A DNA stretch of 32,000 nucleotides from Phycisphaera mikurensis NBRC 102666 (GCF_000284115.1 NC_017080.1:2790001-2822000), one strand, 5' to 3'; shown: positions 20,182-29,571, numbered from the stretch's first letter. Numbers and translations are program-made. Notes: generated from the letters alone by a model not told the origin.

Positions 20182-20261
20182 AAGGTCGCTGTGCAACCTG
20201 GAGCGTGGTTGTTCCATGTGACGTGGCCACGCGTGATGACGACGGGCTCCGGCATCGCCGA

Positions 20262-20990
20262 TCAGTCGAGACCCAGGTCGTCGACGAGTCGGTGATCAGA
20301 GCGAACCTCTTCCGGCCGCACCCCGACGTACCAAGCCACGATTCGCCGCAGCTCCGGCCAGACCTGCTCCGCCGCAGGCCGCTGCCCGGGCGGCAGCGAT
20401 GAGGCGGAGGCGGTTGCGAGCCAGGCCGCGACATCCCCGAAGCGCGTCCAGCCTTCCGGCGGGCGGTGGGGAAGTCGCCGCGCTGCGAGCGTCGCGAGGG
20501 CCGGCGGGCACAAGCCGACAATGATCGCTCCGGGGACCACCTCGACGGAGCGGAAGAACGCCCACGACGCGGCGGCGGCGGCAAGCGGGAAGCCCACCCA
20601 GAGCGTCCGCAGAACCGGACGCGTTCCGGCAGGCGGGCGGAGCTCCGGCGGATAGAACCCATCGTCGATCAGCTTCTGGTGGAAGCGTCGCAACTCCCTT
20701 GGTCCGAGCACGTCCAGCGGGCGGCGATCGAAGTCGGGCATCGAGGCGTTTCCGCCGCCTGTCCGACCGGTCGTTGCACGACGCCAACGCTCCGCAATCT
20801 GATCGCGAGCCGATCGTTCTGCCGCTTCCGAATCGCCCTGCAAGCGTTCCTCGATCAGGCGGAGCAGGTCCGCGACCGTGACGACCGACGACGCTTCGGC
20901 AGCGGGGATGAGGATCCCGAAGCGTGCTTCCACGTCCAGCGTCAGCTCGACCGTCCCGAGTCCCATGCGATCCGACCGATCATTCTGCAC
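20262..20990 (-). CDS. hypothetical membrane protein with ACP (PP-binding)-like half-domains at both termini
   Basis: 242-aa ORF. Start is GTG 20990, or ATG 20966 giving MGLGTVEL. The N-terminus [41 protein letters not shown] resembles ACP helices II-IV. The C-terminus [33 protein letters not shown]-stop resembles ACP helix I plus the DLGxDS loop, cut before the Ser. Two predicted TM helices sit in the middle ([37 protein letters not shown]). Confidence 0.5.
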   Translation of the reverse strand: MQNDRSDRMGLGTVELTLDVEARFGILIPAAEASSVVTVADLLRLIEERLQGDSEAAERSARDQIAERWRRATTGRTGGGNASMPDFDRRPLDVLGPRELRRFHQKLIDDGFYPPELRPPAGTRPVLRTLWVGFPLAAAAASWAFFRSVEVVPGAIIVGLCPPALATLAARRLPHRPPEGWTRFGDVAAWLATASASSLPPGQRPAAEQVWPELRRIVAWYVGVRPEEVRSDHRLVDDLGLD

Positions 20991-21005
20991 TTCAGAGTGG
21001 GTGCT

Positions 21006-21419
21006 TCATCCTTCCGGCGTGATCAGCCGCACCTCCGGGAAGTACGTCCGGAAGCGTTTCGCATCGCGGGTCAGCAGCGCATGCCCCGCCGCCTCGGCGT
21101 GCGCTCCGATGAAGAAGTCGGGCAGACACGTCGCCCGCCGGCCGCCGCCGCGGCGGTAGGCGAGAAACGCGCGAGAGGCGGGGAAAGCAGCGGCGTAGGG
21201 CAACGGCTCCCGCCGGATGGCCAGCGGCAGCAGGAAGTCGTCCAATGCCGCCGGATCCGAAGAGCCGGGCGCCAGCTCCGCGTAGATCACCGGGTTGATT
21301 CACGCCTGATCGGCGTCGATCAGTCCGGCGATCGCCGCCTCGGAAGGTGCTTGCGGTTCGCCCGACGCCTGCATGAGGTCGATGAGCACGTTGGCGTCGA
21401 CGAGAACGCCCCCGCTCAC
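21006..21419 (-). pseudogene. vapC: vapC (PIN-domain toxin) interrupted by an in-frame TGA at 21300-21302
   Basis: GTG 21419 opens [39 protein letters not shown] (PIN N-terminus with the first catalytic Asp). TGA follows, then in the same frame [12 protein letters not shown]...[23 protein letters not shown]...LITPEG, the rest of the PIN fold. The track lists only the downstream 94-aa part. The GTG overlaps the vapB stop (GTGA). Confidence 0.7.
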
Positions 21420-21658
21420 ACTTCGCTCCTTCCCTCGTCGACGAGCCGCCTGAGCTCATCGGGCGACATCGTCATCGACTCGGCGGCACGCTTCATCCGC
21501 TCCACGGCCCGCTGCCCCCGCGTCGGCTTCGTCTCGCCCTCGCAGTGCCTCAGGACCACCCGCCTGACCCATGCCTCCGCGTCGGGTTCTCCCTCCGCCT
21601 CGGCACGAGCCCGCACTTTCTCCAGCGTCGCTTCGTCCAGATCTAGCGTGAGCGTCAT
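21416..21658 (-). CDS. vapB: VapB-type antitoxin (ribbon-helix-helix-like)
   Basis: 80 aa from ATG 21658: [38 protein letters not shown]... An RHH-like N-terminus and a charged C-terminal tail. Overlaps vapC by 4 nt. Confidence 0.65.
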   Translation of the reverse strand: MTLTLDLDEATLEKVRARAEAEGEPDAEAWVRRVVLRHCEGETKPTRGQRAVERMKRAAESMTMSPDELRRLVDEGRSEV

Positions 21659-21776
21659 CAAGCGATCGTACCCCCGGTACCCTGCCGCTTCGCCGCCGCT
21701 CCGCGAGGAGGGGGCGACCCGAAACCACGCCCCGAAGGATCCCTCCGCCGAACGCCCGGCCGGGGGCCGGAACATT

Positions 21777-23585
21777 TTGCTCGACTTCTTCAAGAAACGC
21801 CCCGCGAACGTCAAGAACGACGTGCTCTCCGGCCTCACCGTCGCCCTCGCGCTCGTGCCCGAGGCGATCGCTTTCGCCTTCGTCGCGGGCGTGTCGCCGA
21901 TCATCGGGCTCTACTCGGCCTTCTTCCTCGGGCTGATCACGGCGGTCGTCGGCGGCCGGCCGGGGATGATCTCCGGGGCGACCGGGGCGATGGCGGTGGT
22001 GGTGGTGAGCCTCGTGGCGATCCACGGCGTGGAGTACCTCTTCCCCACGGTGATGCTCTGCGGGCTGCTCCAGGTGCTCGTGGGCGTCGGCCGGCTGGGC
22101 AAGCTCATCCGCATGGTGCCGGCGTCGGTGATGCTCGGCTTCGTGAACGGGCTGGCGATCGTGATCGGGCTCGCGCAGCTGGGCAGCTTCAAGACGCTCG
22201 GCGAGATGGGCGACCTCGTCTACCTCTCCGGCACGCCGCTGGTCGCGATGCTCGGGCTGGTGGGCCTCACCATGCTCATCATCTGGGGCCTGCCCAAGCT
22301 GACCACGGCCGTGCCGTCGTCGCTGGTGGCGATCCTGGTGGTCAGCGGCCTCGCCGCGGGGCTCAACGCCGCCTGGGACGGATCCGGATCCGCGGACCGC
22401 GGCCCCGTGGCGGCCGAAACCGCCGCGGTCCGCGGCTCCGCGGCGGCGGAGCTGGTGCCCACGGTGGGCAGCATGCTCGGCACCAACGCCAAGGCCGCGG
22501 CGGTGAAGGAGTCGCTGGGCGTGCGGGTCGACGACCACGGGAACGCGGCCGCCGCCGGCCCCACGACCGAGCTGGATCCCGAGCAGGTGCAGGCCGCCGT
22601 GGCGGCGGCCTTCGCCACCGTCGACGCCGATCCCTCGGCGTCGAGCATCTCCGCGGGCCTGCCGATCCCCTTCTTCCTGGACGCCGCCTACGAGACGCTG
22701 CCGCCGATCAGCCTGGCGACGCTGTGGATCATCTTCCCGTTCGCGCTGACGCTGGCCGGCGTGGGCCTCATCGAGTCGCTGATGACGCTCACGCTCATCG
22801 ACGAGATCACCGACACCCGCGGCCGGGGCAACCGCGAGTGCGTCGGGCAGGGCGTCGCGAACCTCACCTGCGGCTTCTTCGGCGGCATGGGCGGCTGCGC
22901 GATGATCGGCCAGTCGCTCATCAACGTGAACAGCGGCGGCCGCGGCCGGCTCTCCGGCGTCACCGCCGCGGTGTGCCTGCTGGCCTTCGTGCTGTTCCTG
23001 GCCCCGTGGATCGAGATGATCTCGATGGCCGCCCTGGTGGGCGTGATGTTCATGGTGGTGATCGGCACCTTCGAGTGGGCGTCGATCAAGATGGCCCGCA
23101 AGATGCCCCGCGCCGACACGCTGGTGATGATCCTGGTCGCCGGCTACACGGTGATCTTCCACGACCTCGCCACCGCCGTGATCCTCGGCGTCGCCGCAGC
23201 GGCGCTGGTCTTCGCGTGGCAGCACGCCACGCACCTCTTCGCCGACACGAAGATCGAGGACAACCTCCAGGGCGGCAAGACCAAGCGGTACCAGCTGCAC
23301 GGCCCGCTGTTCTTCGCCAGCGTCCGGAGCTTCAAGGAGCTCTTCGACGTCGCCAACGATCCCGACGACGTCGTGATCGACTTCTACTACACCCGCGTCT
23401 ACGACCAGAGCGGCCTGGAGGCGGTGAGCGCGATCAGCGAGAAGTACCAGGCCGCCGGCAAGCGGGTCCACCTCACGCACCTCTCCGAGGAGTGCCGCCG
23501 GCTGCTGGACAAGGCCGGCGACCTCGTCGAGGTGAACGTCAGCGAGGACCCGCAGTACCACGTCGCGACGGATCGGCTGGGCTGA
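21777..23585 (+). CDS. SulP family inorganic anion transporter with C-terminal STAS domain
   Basis: 602 aa if started at TTG 21777; there is no ATG or GTG further upstream in frame before the conserved N-terminus [38 protein letters not shown]. SulP core present ([18 protein letters not shown]..., [23 protein letters not shown]). STAS region [17 protein letters not shown]...[18 protein letters not shown]. Confidence 0.88.
   Translation: MLDFFKKRPANVKNDVLSGLTVALALVPEAIAFAFVAGVSPIIGLYSAFFLGLITAVVGGRPGMISGATGAMAVVVVSLVAIHGVEYLFPTVMLCGLLQVLVGVGRLGKLIRMVPASVMLGFVNGLAIVIGLAQLGSFKTLGEMGDLVYLSGTPLVAMLGLVGLTMLIIWGLPKLTTAVPSSLVAILVVSGLAAGLNAAWDGSGSADRGPVAAETAAVRGSAAAELVPTVGSMLGTNAKAAAVKESLGVRVDDHGNAAAAGPTTELDPEQVQAAVAAAFATVDADPSASSISAGLPIPFFLDAAYETLPPISLATLWIIFPFALTLAGVGLIESLMTLTLIDEITDTRGRGNRECVGQGVANLTCGFFGGMGGCAMIGQSLINVNSGGRGRLSGVTAAVCLLAFVLFLAPWIEMISMAALVGVMFMVVIGTFEWASIKMARKMPRADTLVMILVAGYTVIFHDLATAVILGVAAAALVFAWQHATHLFADTKIEDNLQGGKTKRYQLHGPLFFASVRSFKELFDVANDPDDVVIDFYYTRVYDQSGLEAVSAISEKYQAAGKRVHLTHLSEECRRLLDKAGDLVEVNVSEDPQYHVATDRLG
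22390..22435. repeat. REP-like palindromic element, copy 3, inside the sulP reading frame (CCGCGGACCGCGG-N20-CCGCGGTCCGCGG)
   Basis: 13-nt perfect inverted repeat: 22390-22402 pairs with 22423-22435. It has the same GGATCC leader and the same 20-nt spacer length as the copy at 15170. Translated in frame as ...[23 protein letters not shown]... Confidence 0.75.
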
Positions 23586-23675
23586 CGCACGGCCGCCGCG
23601 CCGCCGGCCGCGGGTGCGTGCGGAGGCGCCACCTCCCGCGGGCACGCCGTCCGGCAGGGCGCTAGCGTCCGCGGG

Positions 23676-24629
23676 ATGAACCACACCGGGACCATCCGTG
23701 CGGGTGTGGTGGGGGCCGGCGTCTTCGGGAGCCACCACGCCCGCACGCTCGCGCTGGCGGGAGGCGTGGCACTGGCGGGGCTCAACGACGAAGACCGCGG
23801 GCGTGCGGAGGCGCTGGCCGCCTCCGGTGCGGCGGGATCGCCGCGGGTGTTCACCCGGCTGGAGGACTTGCTGGACGCGGTGGACGCGGTGGTCGTCGCA
23901 ACCCCGGCGCCGACGCACGCGGCGATCGCGGCGGCGGCGCTCAGACGCGGCGTCCACACGCTGGTCGAGAAGCCGCTGGCGACCACTCTCCCGGAGGCGG
24001 ACCTGTTGATCGGGCTCGCGGAGGAGAACGATCGGGTGCTGCAAGTCGGCCACCAGGAGAGTTTCGTGGCTCGGGCGTTGGGGCTGCCCGAGCACGGGCC
24101 GCCGCGGCGCTTCCGGGCGATCCGGCACGCCGTCCACTGCGGCCGGGGGACCGAGGTCTCGGTGGTGATGGACCTCATGATCCACGACCTCCACCTCGCC
24201 GTGATGCTCGCGGGCGTCGAACCCGACGAGGCGGACGCCGCGGAGGTCGCGTGCGAGGTGCGGGCCGCGAGCGAGGGGCGGCCGGACCGGGTGGAGGCGT
24301 GCTTCACGCTCGGGGACACGCGGTGCAAGCTGTCCGCCTCCCGCGTGGAGGCCCGGCCGATCCGACGCCTGGAGCTCGCGTACGCGCAGCAGAAGCTCGA
24401 CGTCGACCTCGCGAGACGGGAGGTGTCACGAGCCGTCGGCGCGGCGGCCGGGAGGGAAGCCGCCCGTGACGCGGACTCAAGCGGGCTCGCCGACCCGCTG
24501 TCCCGCGGCGCGGCGGCGTTCCTGCGGGCGATCCGCGGCGAGGGGCCGCCGGGGGTGAGCGGCCGCGAGGGCCGGGCGGCGTTGCGGCTGGCGCTCCAGG
24601 TGGAGCGCGCGGCGGAGGTGGCCGCGTGA
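23676..24629 (+). CDS. Gfo/Idh/MocA family NAD(P)-dependent oxidoreductase
   Basis: 317 aa. N-terminal Rossmann fold IRAGVVGAGVFGSHHA, and HTLVEKPLA, the conserved EKP motif of the family. Its stop overlaps the next gene's start. Confidence 0.85.
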   Translation: MNHTGTIRAGVVGAGVFGSHHARTLALAGGVALAGLNDEDRGRAEALAASGAAGSPRVFTRLEDLLDAVDAVVVATPAPTHAAIAAAALRRGVHTLVEKPLATTLPEADLLIGLAEENDRVLQVGHQESFVARALGLPEHGPPRRFRAIRHAVHCGRGTEVSVVMDLMIHDLHLAVMLAGVEPDEADAAEVACEVRAASEGRPDRVEACFTLGDTRCKLSASRVEARPIRRLELAYAQQKLDVDLARREVSRAVGAAAGREAARDADSSGLADPLSRGAAAFLRAIRGEGPPGVSGREGRAALRLALQVERAAEVAA

Positions 24630-25795
24630 TGCTCGCTCCGCGAGCCGCCATCGACGCCCATCGGGAGGAGGCAGCGCCGCCGATCCTCTTCAACGACCTG
24701 GCGACCCAGCAGGCGCGGATCCGCGAGCGCGTGGAGCGGCGGCTGCGGGAGGTGCTCGACCACGGCCGCTACATCGACGGCCCCGAGATCGAGGAGCTGG
24801 AGGCGCGGCTCGCGTCCGCCGTGGGCGTGAGCCACTGCATCGCCTGCTCCTCGGGCACCGACGCCCTCTTGATGGCGCTGCTCGCGTGCGGCCTCCGCCC
24901 CGGCGACGCGGTGATGGTGCCCGCCTTCACTTACAACGCGACGGCCAACGCGGTGGTGCTCGCCGGCGGCGTGCCGGCCTTCGTCGACGTGGACCCGGCA
25001 AGCTTCATGATGGACTCCGCCGACCTCGCCGAGCGGGTGCGGGCGGCGAGATCCCGCGGCCTGCGGCCCCGGGTCGTGCTCGCGGTGGACCTCTTCGGGG
25101 CGCCCGCGGATTACGCGGCCCTGCGAGAGGTCTGCCAAGCGGAGGGGCTGACGCTCTACGCCGACGCGGCGCAGAGCTTCGGCGGCGAGCTGGCCGGCCG
25201 CCGCGTCGGCTCCCTCGCCGCCGCGACCGCCACCTCCTTCTACCCCGGCAAGGCGCTGGGCGGCTACGGCGACGGCGGCGCCCTCTTCACCGACGATCCC
25301 GGCTTCGCCGCCGCCTGCCGCAGCGTCCGCTGGCACGGCACCGACGAGCAGCGCGTAGAGAGCGTCCGCGTCGGCATCAACGGCCGCATGTCCAGCTTCC
25401 AGGCCGCCGTGCTGCTGGAGAAGGAGGCGATCTTCTGGGACGAGCGGGAGGCCCGGCGCCGGGTCGCCGCGGTGTACGACGAGCGGCTCGCCGGCCTCGC
25501 CGAGCCCCAGGCGGTTCCGCCGGGCGCCCGATCGGGCTGCGGCTACCACACCGTGGCCGTCGACCACCGCGACCGCGTGGCCGAGCGGATGGCCGCCGAG
25601 GGAGTTCCCACCGCCGTCTACTACCGCGTGCCGCTGCACCGCATGGCCGCCTTCGCCGCATACGCGTCGGGCGAGGCCCACCCCGCCGCCGAGTCGGTCG
25701 CCGGCCGCGTCCTGAGCCTGCCGATGCACGCGTATCTCACCGATGCGCAAGCCCACCGCGTCTGCGACGCCCTCGAGCGATCGCTGGGCCGTTGA
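24629..25795 (+). CDS. DegT/DnrJ/EryC1/StrS family PLP-dependent sugar aminotransferase
   Basis: About 388 aa. ATG 24629 overlaps the upstream TGA; GTG 24626 is an alternative start. Motifs: GPEIEELEARLA, CSSGTDALLMAL, and the PLP-lysine context TSFYPGKALGGYGDGGALFT. Confidence 0.9.
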   Translation: MLAPRAAIDAHREEAAPPILFNDLATQQARIRERVERRLREVLDHGRYIDGPEIEELEARLASAVGVSHCIACSSGTDALLMALLACGLRPGDAVMVPAFTYNATANAVVLAGGVPAFVDVDPASFMMDSADLAERVRAARSRGLRPRVVLAVDLFGAPADYAALREVCQAEGLTLYADAAQSFGGELAGRRVGSLAAATATSFYPGKALGGYGDGGALFTDDPGFAAACRSVRWHGTDEQRVESVRVGINGRMSSFQAAVLLEKEAIFWDEREARRRVAAVYDERLAGLAEPQAVPPGARSGCGYHTVAVDHRDRVAERMAAEGVPTAVYYRVPLHRMAAFAAYASGEAHPAAESVAGRVLSLPMHAYLTDAQAHRVCDALERSLGR

Positions 25796-25801
25796 TGCAT
25801 C

Positions 25802-25851
25802 GGATCCGCGGACCGTCGGCTCCGCGACGCGATCGCCATCGCGGTCCGCGG
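25802..25851. repeat. REP-like palindromic element, copy 4 (GGATCCGCGGACCG-N26-CGGTCCGCGG)
   Basis: 10-nt perfect inverted repeat core: 25806-25815 pairs with 25842-25851. Begins 7 nt after the aminotransferase stop codon. Confidence 0.65.
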
Positions 25852-25876
25852 CGAGACGCCGGACCCCGGCTCATGC

Positions 25877-26450
25877 GCCCGAACCGATCCGGCTCGGGGT
25901 CCCACGCCCTCCATGACCCAACCTTCCGAAGTCGGCCGACGCCCGGGTGCCACGCCGCTCGCGGGGTGGCAAGCGCGAGAGATCGTCGGGACGCGGCCAC
26001 CCCCCAAGGGGCGTGGCACCCCGCGAGCGCACGCCCTCCAGGGCCCAACCTCCGACCCATCTTCAGAAGTCGGCCGACGCCCGGGTGCCACGCCGCTCGC
26101 GGGGTGGCGAGTGCGAAAGATCGTCCGGACGCGGCCACCCCCCAAGGGGCGTGGCACCCCGCGAGCGCACGCCCTCCAGGGCCCGACCTCCGAGGTCGGC
26201 CGATACTCGGGTGCCACGCCGCTTGCGGGGTGGCAAGCGCGAGAGATCGTCGGGACGCGGCCACCCCCCAAGGGGCGTGGCACCCCGAAAGCAAACGCCC
26301 GAGCCGATCCGGCTCGGGGTCCCACACCCTCCATGACCCAACCTTCGAAGTCGACCGACGCCCGGGTGCCACGCCGCTTGCGGGGTGGCAAGCGCCGGAG
26401 ATCGCCGGGACGCGACCACCCCCCAAGGGGCGTGGCACCCCGCGAGCGAA
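25877..26450. repeat. composite structured repeat array: A-B-B-B-A-B (A ~50 bp, B ~125-130 bp)
   Basis: A units at 25877-25926 and 26297-26346, each with hairpin CCCGARCC-GATCC-GGCTCGGG. B units each hold an outer 12-bp inverted repeat GGGTGCCACGCC...GGCGTGGCACCC, at 25945/26010, 26083/26148, 26209/26274 and 26364/26429. That repeat encloses an inner GGGGTGGC...GCCACCCC pair. The array fills the convergent gap between the aminotransferase and rplQ. Confidence 0.9.
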
Positions 26451-26556
26451 TGCCCGAGGTGGTCATCGATGGACGACCGAACGCTCCGCGGGAGCGATTT
26501 GATCAGGCGCGGTCCCCCCACGGGGGCGGGCCCCCGAGCCTTCTCCGCGATCCGGA

Positions 26557-27300
26557 TCAGGCGGGCTTGGTGCCGGCCTCGGGGGCCTCGGTGACGTCGC
26601 CGCTGGTGCCGGTGGCTTCGGCGGCGGGGTCGCTGGCGCCGGCGTCGTCGGGGGTCGGCTCCTCCGCGGCCGGCGCTGCCGCCGCCACGGCGACGGCATC
26701 GGCGTCGGCGGCGTCGGCCGCGGCGGCGGGCGGTGCTTCGGGCTCCTGAGCGTCGGGCTGCTCGTGGCGCTCGGTCGAGTCGCCCTTCCGCAGCGAGGCG
26801 GCGAAGGCGGTCCGCTTGTCCGCCTGGTTGCGGCGGCGGCTGAAGCGGCCGTTCACCTGCGGGCCGCTCTCGTCGCCGACGAGCTGCACGACGCAGAGGT
26901 CGCTGCCGTCGCCGAGGCGGTGGGTGGCGAGCTTGACGATCCGGGTGCAACCGCCGGCACGGTTCGCGTAGCGGGGCGCAATCTCCTCGAAGAGGTGCTT
27001 GACGATCTTCGGCGCCGACTTCATCTCGCCGTACTTGTTGCGGACGACGCCGTCGGCGTCCTCGCTCTTGATCATCCACTTCTCGCCGCCGAGCTTGGCG
27101 ATGACGCGCCGCCGGCTGGCGAGGTCGCCCTTCTTCGCGGCGGAGATCAGCTTCTCGGCGAAGGGCTGGAAGCTCTTGGCCTTGGGGATCGTGGTGGTGA
27201 TCTGCCCGTGGGTGAACAGGCTCACGGCCATGTTCCGCCACATGGCGATCCGGTGGTTGGTGCGGCGTCCGAGGGTGCGGCCGGCGTAGCGGTGTCTCAT
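26557..27300 (-). CDS. rplQ: 50S ribosomal protein L17 with long acidic Ala/Pro-rich C-terminal extension
   Basis: 247 aa from ATG 27300: MRHRYAGRTLGRRTNHRIAMWRNMAVSLFTHGQITTTIPKAKSFQPFAEKLISAAKKG... is the L17 signature. Follows rpoA. The last ~90 aa are low-complexity (EAPPAAAADAADADAVAVAAAAP...). Confidence 0.9.
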   Translation of the reverse strand: MRHRYAGRTLGRRTNHRIAMWRNMAVSLFTHGQITTTIPKAKSFQPFAEKLISAAKKGDLASRRRVIAKLGGEKWMIKSEDADGVVRNKYGEMKSAPKIVKHLFEEIAPRYANRAGGCTRIVKLATHRLGDGSDLCVVQLVGDESGPQVNGRFSRRRNQADKRTAFAASLRKGDSTERHEQPDAQEPEAPPAAAADAADADAVAVAAAAPAAEEPTPDDAGASDPAAEATGTSGDVTEAPEAGTKPA

Positions 27301-27598
27301 CGTGGGTTCCTTTTCTTGACCGCCGGTCGGCACGGAAGCCGCCGGCGAGGCCACTCGGGCCCGTCCGCCTGCGGCGGGGCCCGGCACATCCCGCGACACG
27401 CGGGTCGGGCAGCGGAGGCCCGGGTGGCCCCGGCCGCGACGCGGCCGGGGTGGGGGTCGGTCGAGGCCTCGGGCCGGGGGGTCCCCGGGTTGGCTTCGAG
27501 CCGGATGCATGCCCCGCGGCGTCGGCCGCCGGACACGCGGAGGCCGCCGCCTCCGGCCGCTCCTCGCGGACCGGGAGGCAGCCGCCCCCGGAGGAGCG

Positions 27599-28600
27599 TC
27601 ACGCCTCCAGGTCGTCGGGGAGCTGCATCCCGAGTTCGAGGTTCAGCTCGGCGAGCTTGCGCTTCACCTCCCGCAGCGAGGTCTTGCCGAAGCTGCGGAC
27701 CTTCAGGAGATCCGCCTCTTCGCGGCTCACCAGCTCGGCGACGTTGCTGATCTGCGCCGACTCCAGGCAGTTGCTCGCCCGGACCGAGAGGTCCATGTCG
27801 GCCACGGTCATCCGCAGCTTCTGGAGCAGGTCCTCGTCGACCTTCGCCGCGGCGGCGGCGTCGGCGGAGGCGACCTCCTGTCCGATGTCGAAGTAGTTGA
27901 CGAAGGGGTTGAGGTGCTTCCGCAGGATCTTGGCGGCCTCGACCAGGGCCATCTCCGGCGTGATCGTGCCGTCGGTCCAGACCTCCATCGTCAGCTTGTC
28001 GTAGTTGGTCTTCTGCCCGACGCGGGTGTCCTCGACCTTGTAGCGCACCCGGGTGACCGGCGAGTAGATCGCGTCGACGAAGATCCAACCGACCTCCTGC
28101 TCGTTCTCCTTGTTGTTCTCGATCTGCTCGGAGGCGGGCACGTAAGCCCGGCCCTTGCCGACCTTGAACTCCATGTCGAAGTCGACCTGCTTGGACAGCG
28201 TCGCGAGGATCTCGTCCTTGTTGTGGATCGTGATGCTCGTGTCGGCCTCGATGAGGTCGCACGTCACCTCGCCCGGACCCTCGGCCTGCAGCCGCATGGT
28301 CTTGGGCTCGTCGCCCTCGCAGGAGACCACCATCGACTTCACCTTGAGGATGATGTCGGTGACGTCCTCCATCACGCCCTCCAGGGACGTGAACTCGTGC
28401 TCGGCGCCCTTGATCTTGACGGCCGTGACGGCCGCGCCCTCGAGGGAGGAGAGCAGGATGCGGCGGAGCGAGTTGCCGATCGTGTTGCCGAAGCCGCGTT
28501 CGAAGGGCTCGCAGGTGAACTTGCCGTAGGTGTCCGAGGCGGTTTCCTGATCCAGGACCGTCCGGTGGGGGAGCTCGAGGCCGCGCCAGCGAATTCGCAT
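27599..28600 (-). CDS. rpoA: DNA-directed RNA polymerase subunit alpha
   Basis: 333 aa. FTCEPFERGFGNTIGNSLRRILLSSLEGAAVTAVKIKGAEHEF (N-terminal domain) and DLSVRASNCLESAQISNVAELVSREEADLLKVRSFGKTSLREVKRKL (C-terminal domain) are unmistakable. Confidence 0.97.
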   Translation of the reverse strand: MRIRWRGLELPHRTVLDQETASDTYGKFTCEPFERGFGNTIGNSLRRILLSSLEGAAVTAVKIKGAEHEFTSLEGVMEDVTDIILKVKSMVVSCEGDEPKTMRLQAEGPGEVTCDLIEADTSITIHNKDEILATLSKQVDFDMEFKVGKGRAYVPASEQIENNKENEQEVGWIFVDAIYSPVTRVRYKVEDTRVGQKTNYDKLTMEVWTDGTITPEMALVEAAKILRKHLNPFVNYFDIGQEVASADAAAAAKVDEDLLQKLRMTVADMDLSVRASNCLESAQISNVAELVSREEADLLKVRSFGKTSLREVKRKLAELNLELGMQLPDDLEA

Positions 28601-29049
28601 GATGGTTCCTTTGCCCGTGGTCGTGGGCGGTGTCCCGGCAGGTTCAGTGGTCGTGCTCGCTCGATCGGGTCTCGCCGCTGCGGGGCCGGCGAGGGATCTG
28701 CTGGAACACGGGGAAGGAAAGCTTGTTCAGGTCGTTGCGCGAGATCGGTAGGAGAAGCAGGGCACCGCGTTCATCCGACGTCGCCGCGAGTGGACGCTCC
28801 CGCACGGTCGGCCGGCCCTTCGCGCCCGCGGATCACCGGCATCCTGGCCGGGCGTCGCCCGGCCCGTGGCGTCTCGCGCCGCTCGGATGGCCGGGGAGGC
28901 GGACCTTCGTGGGGGTGCGGGTGGTCTCTCCCTCGCGCCCCCGGCAGGGTGAGGCCCCCCTGTCCGGTCGCCTCCGGCGACCGCCCGGCGGAGCCCGGCA
29001 CCGCTCGCACGACGCAGGATCGCTCAGCGATCCCCCGCCGAAGGCGGAA

Positions 29050-29430
29050 TCAAACCCGCCGCTTCTTGGGCGGGCGGCAGCCGTTGTGGGGGATCGGGGT
29101 GTGGTCCTCCACGGCGGTGACCTTGATGCCGTTGGCCTGCAGGGCCGTCACGGCGGACTCGCGGCCGGAGCCGGCGCCGCGGAGGCGGACCTCGACCTCG
29201 GTCATGCCGAAGCGCTTGGCCTTCTGGGCGCACTCCTCGGCGGCGCGCGTGGCGGCGAACGGCGTGCTCTTCCGCGAGCCCTTGAACCCGATCTGCCCGG
29301 CGGTGGAGGCGCACAGCGTCTCGCCGTTCACGTCGGTGATCGTGATCAGCGTGTTGTTGAAGGTCGCCTTCACGTGGGCGATGCCCCGGGTGACGGACTT
29401 GCGGGAGCGGCGTTGGGACTTCTTGGCCAA
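29050..29430 (-). CDS. rpsK: 30S ribosomal protein S11
   Basis: 126 aa if started at TTG 29430 (M)[32 protein letters not shown]..., which matches the usual S11 N-terminus and length. The track start GTG 29481 would add 17 atypical residues. C-terminus [16 protein letters not shown]. Confidence 0.92.
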   Translation of the reverse strand: MAKKSQRRSRKSVTRGIAHVKATFNNTLITITDVNGETLCASTAGQIGFKGSRKSTPFAATRAAEECAQKAKRFGMTEVEVRLRGAGSGRESAVTALQANGIKVTAVEDHTPIPHNGCRPPKKRRV

Positions 29431-29571
29431 AACAGGGTCTCTCGGGCGGGAGGAAGTTGAGCGGATCCGGAGGCCGGTCACCGACGCTCGTCGGGCCGCA
29501 GATCCTGGCTTCGCGCGGGTTTCGGCGGGCCGTGGCGGTGCACGATCCGCAGGGGTGCTCGCGGGACCGGC

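Noticed and set aside
25877-26450. CRISPR array or protein-coding repeat (GVAPRER... peptides in several frames) for the composite array.
   Set aside because: Units are about 125-130 bp and almost contiguous, with irregular periods of 138, 126 and 155 bp. Similar junk peptides appear in multiple frames and on both strands. The sequence is dominated by nested inverted repeats.
26557-27510. 317-aa version of rplQ. Also the 327-aa version of fliL (to 5588), the 1039-aa version of sulP (from 20466) and the 160-aa version of rpsM.
   Set aside because: In each case family homology begins at an internal start codon. The upstream extension is compositionally junk or overlaps another verified gene.
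28601-29049. A hidden rpsD (S4) or small ORF (28771..29010, 79 aa) in the rpsK-rpoA gap.
   Set aside because: The gap is too short for S4 (about 200 aa). The candidate ORF is Arg/Pro/Gly junk with no S4 motifs.
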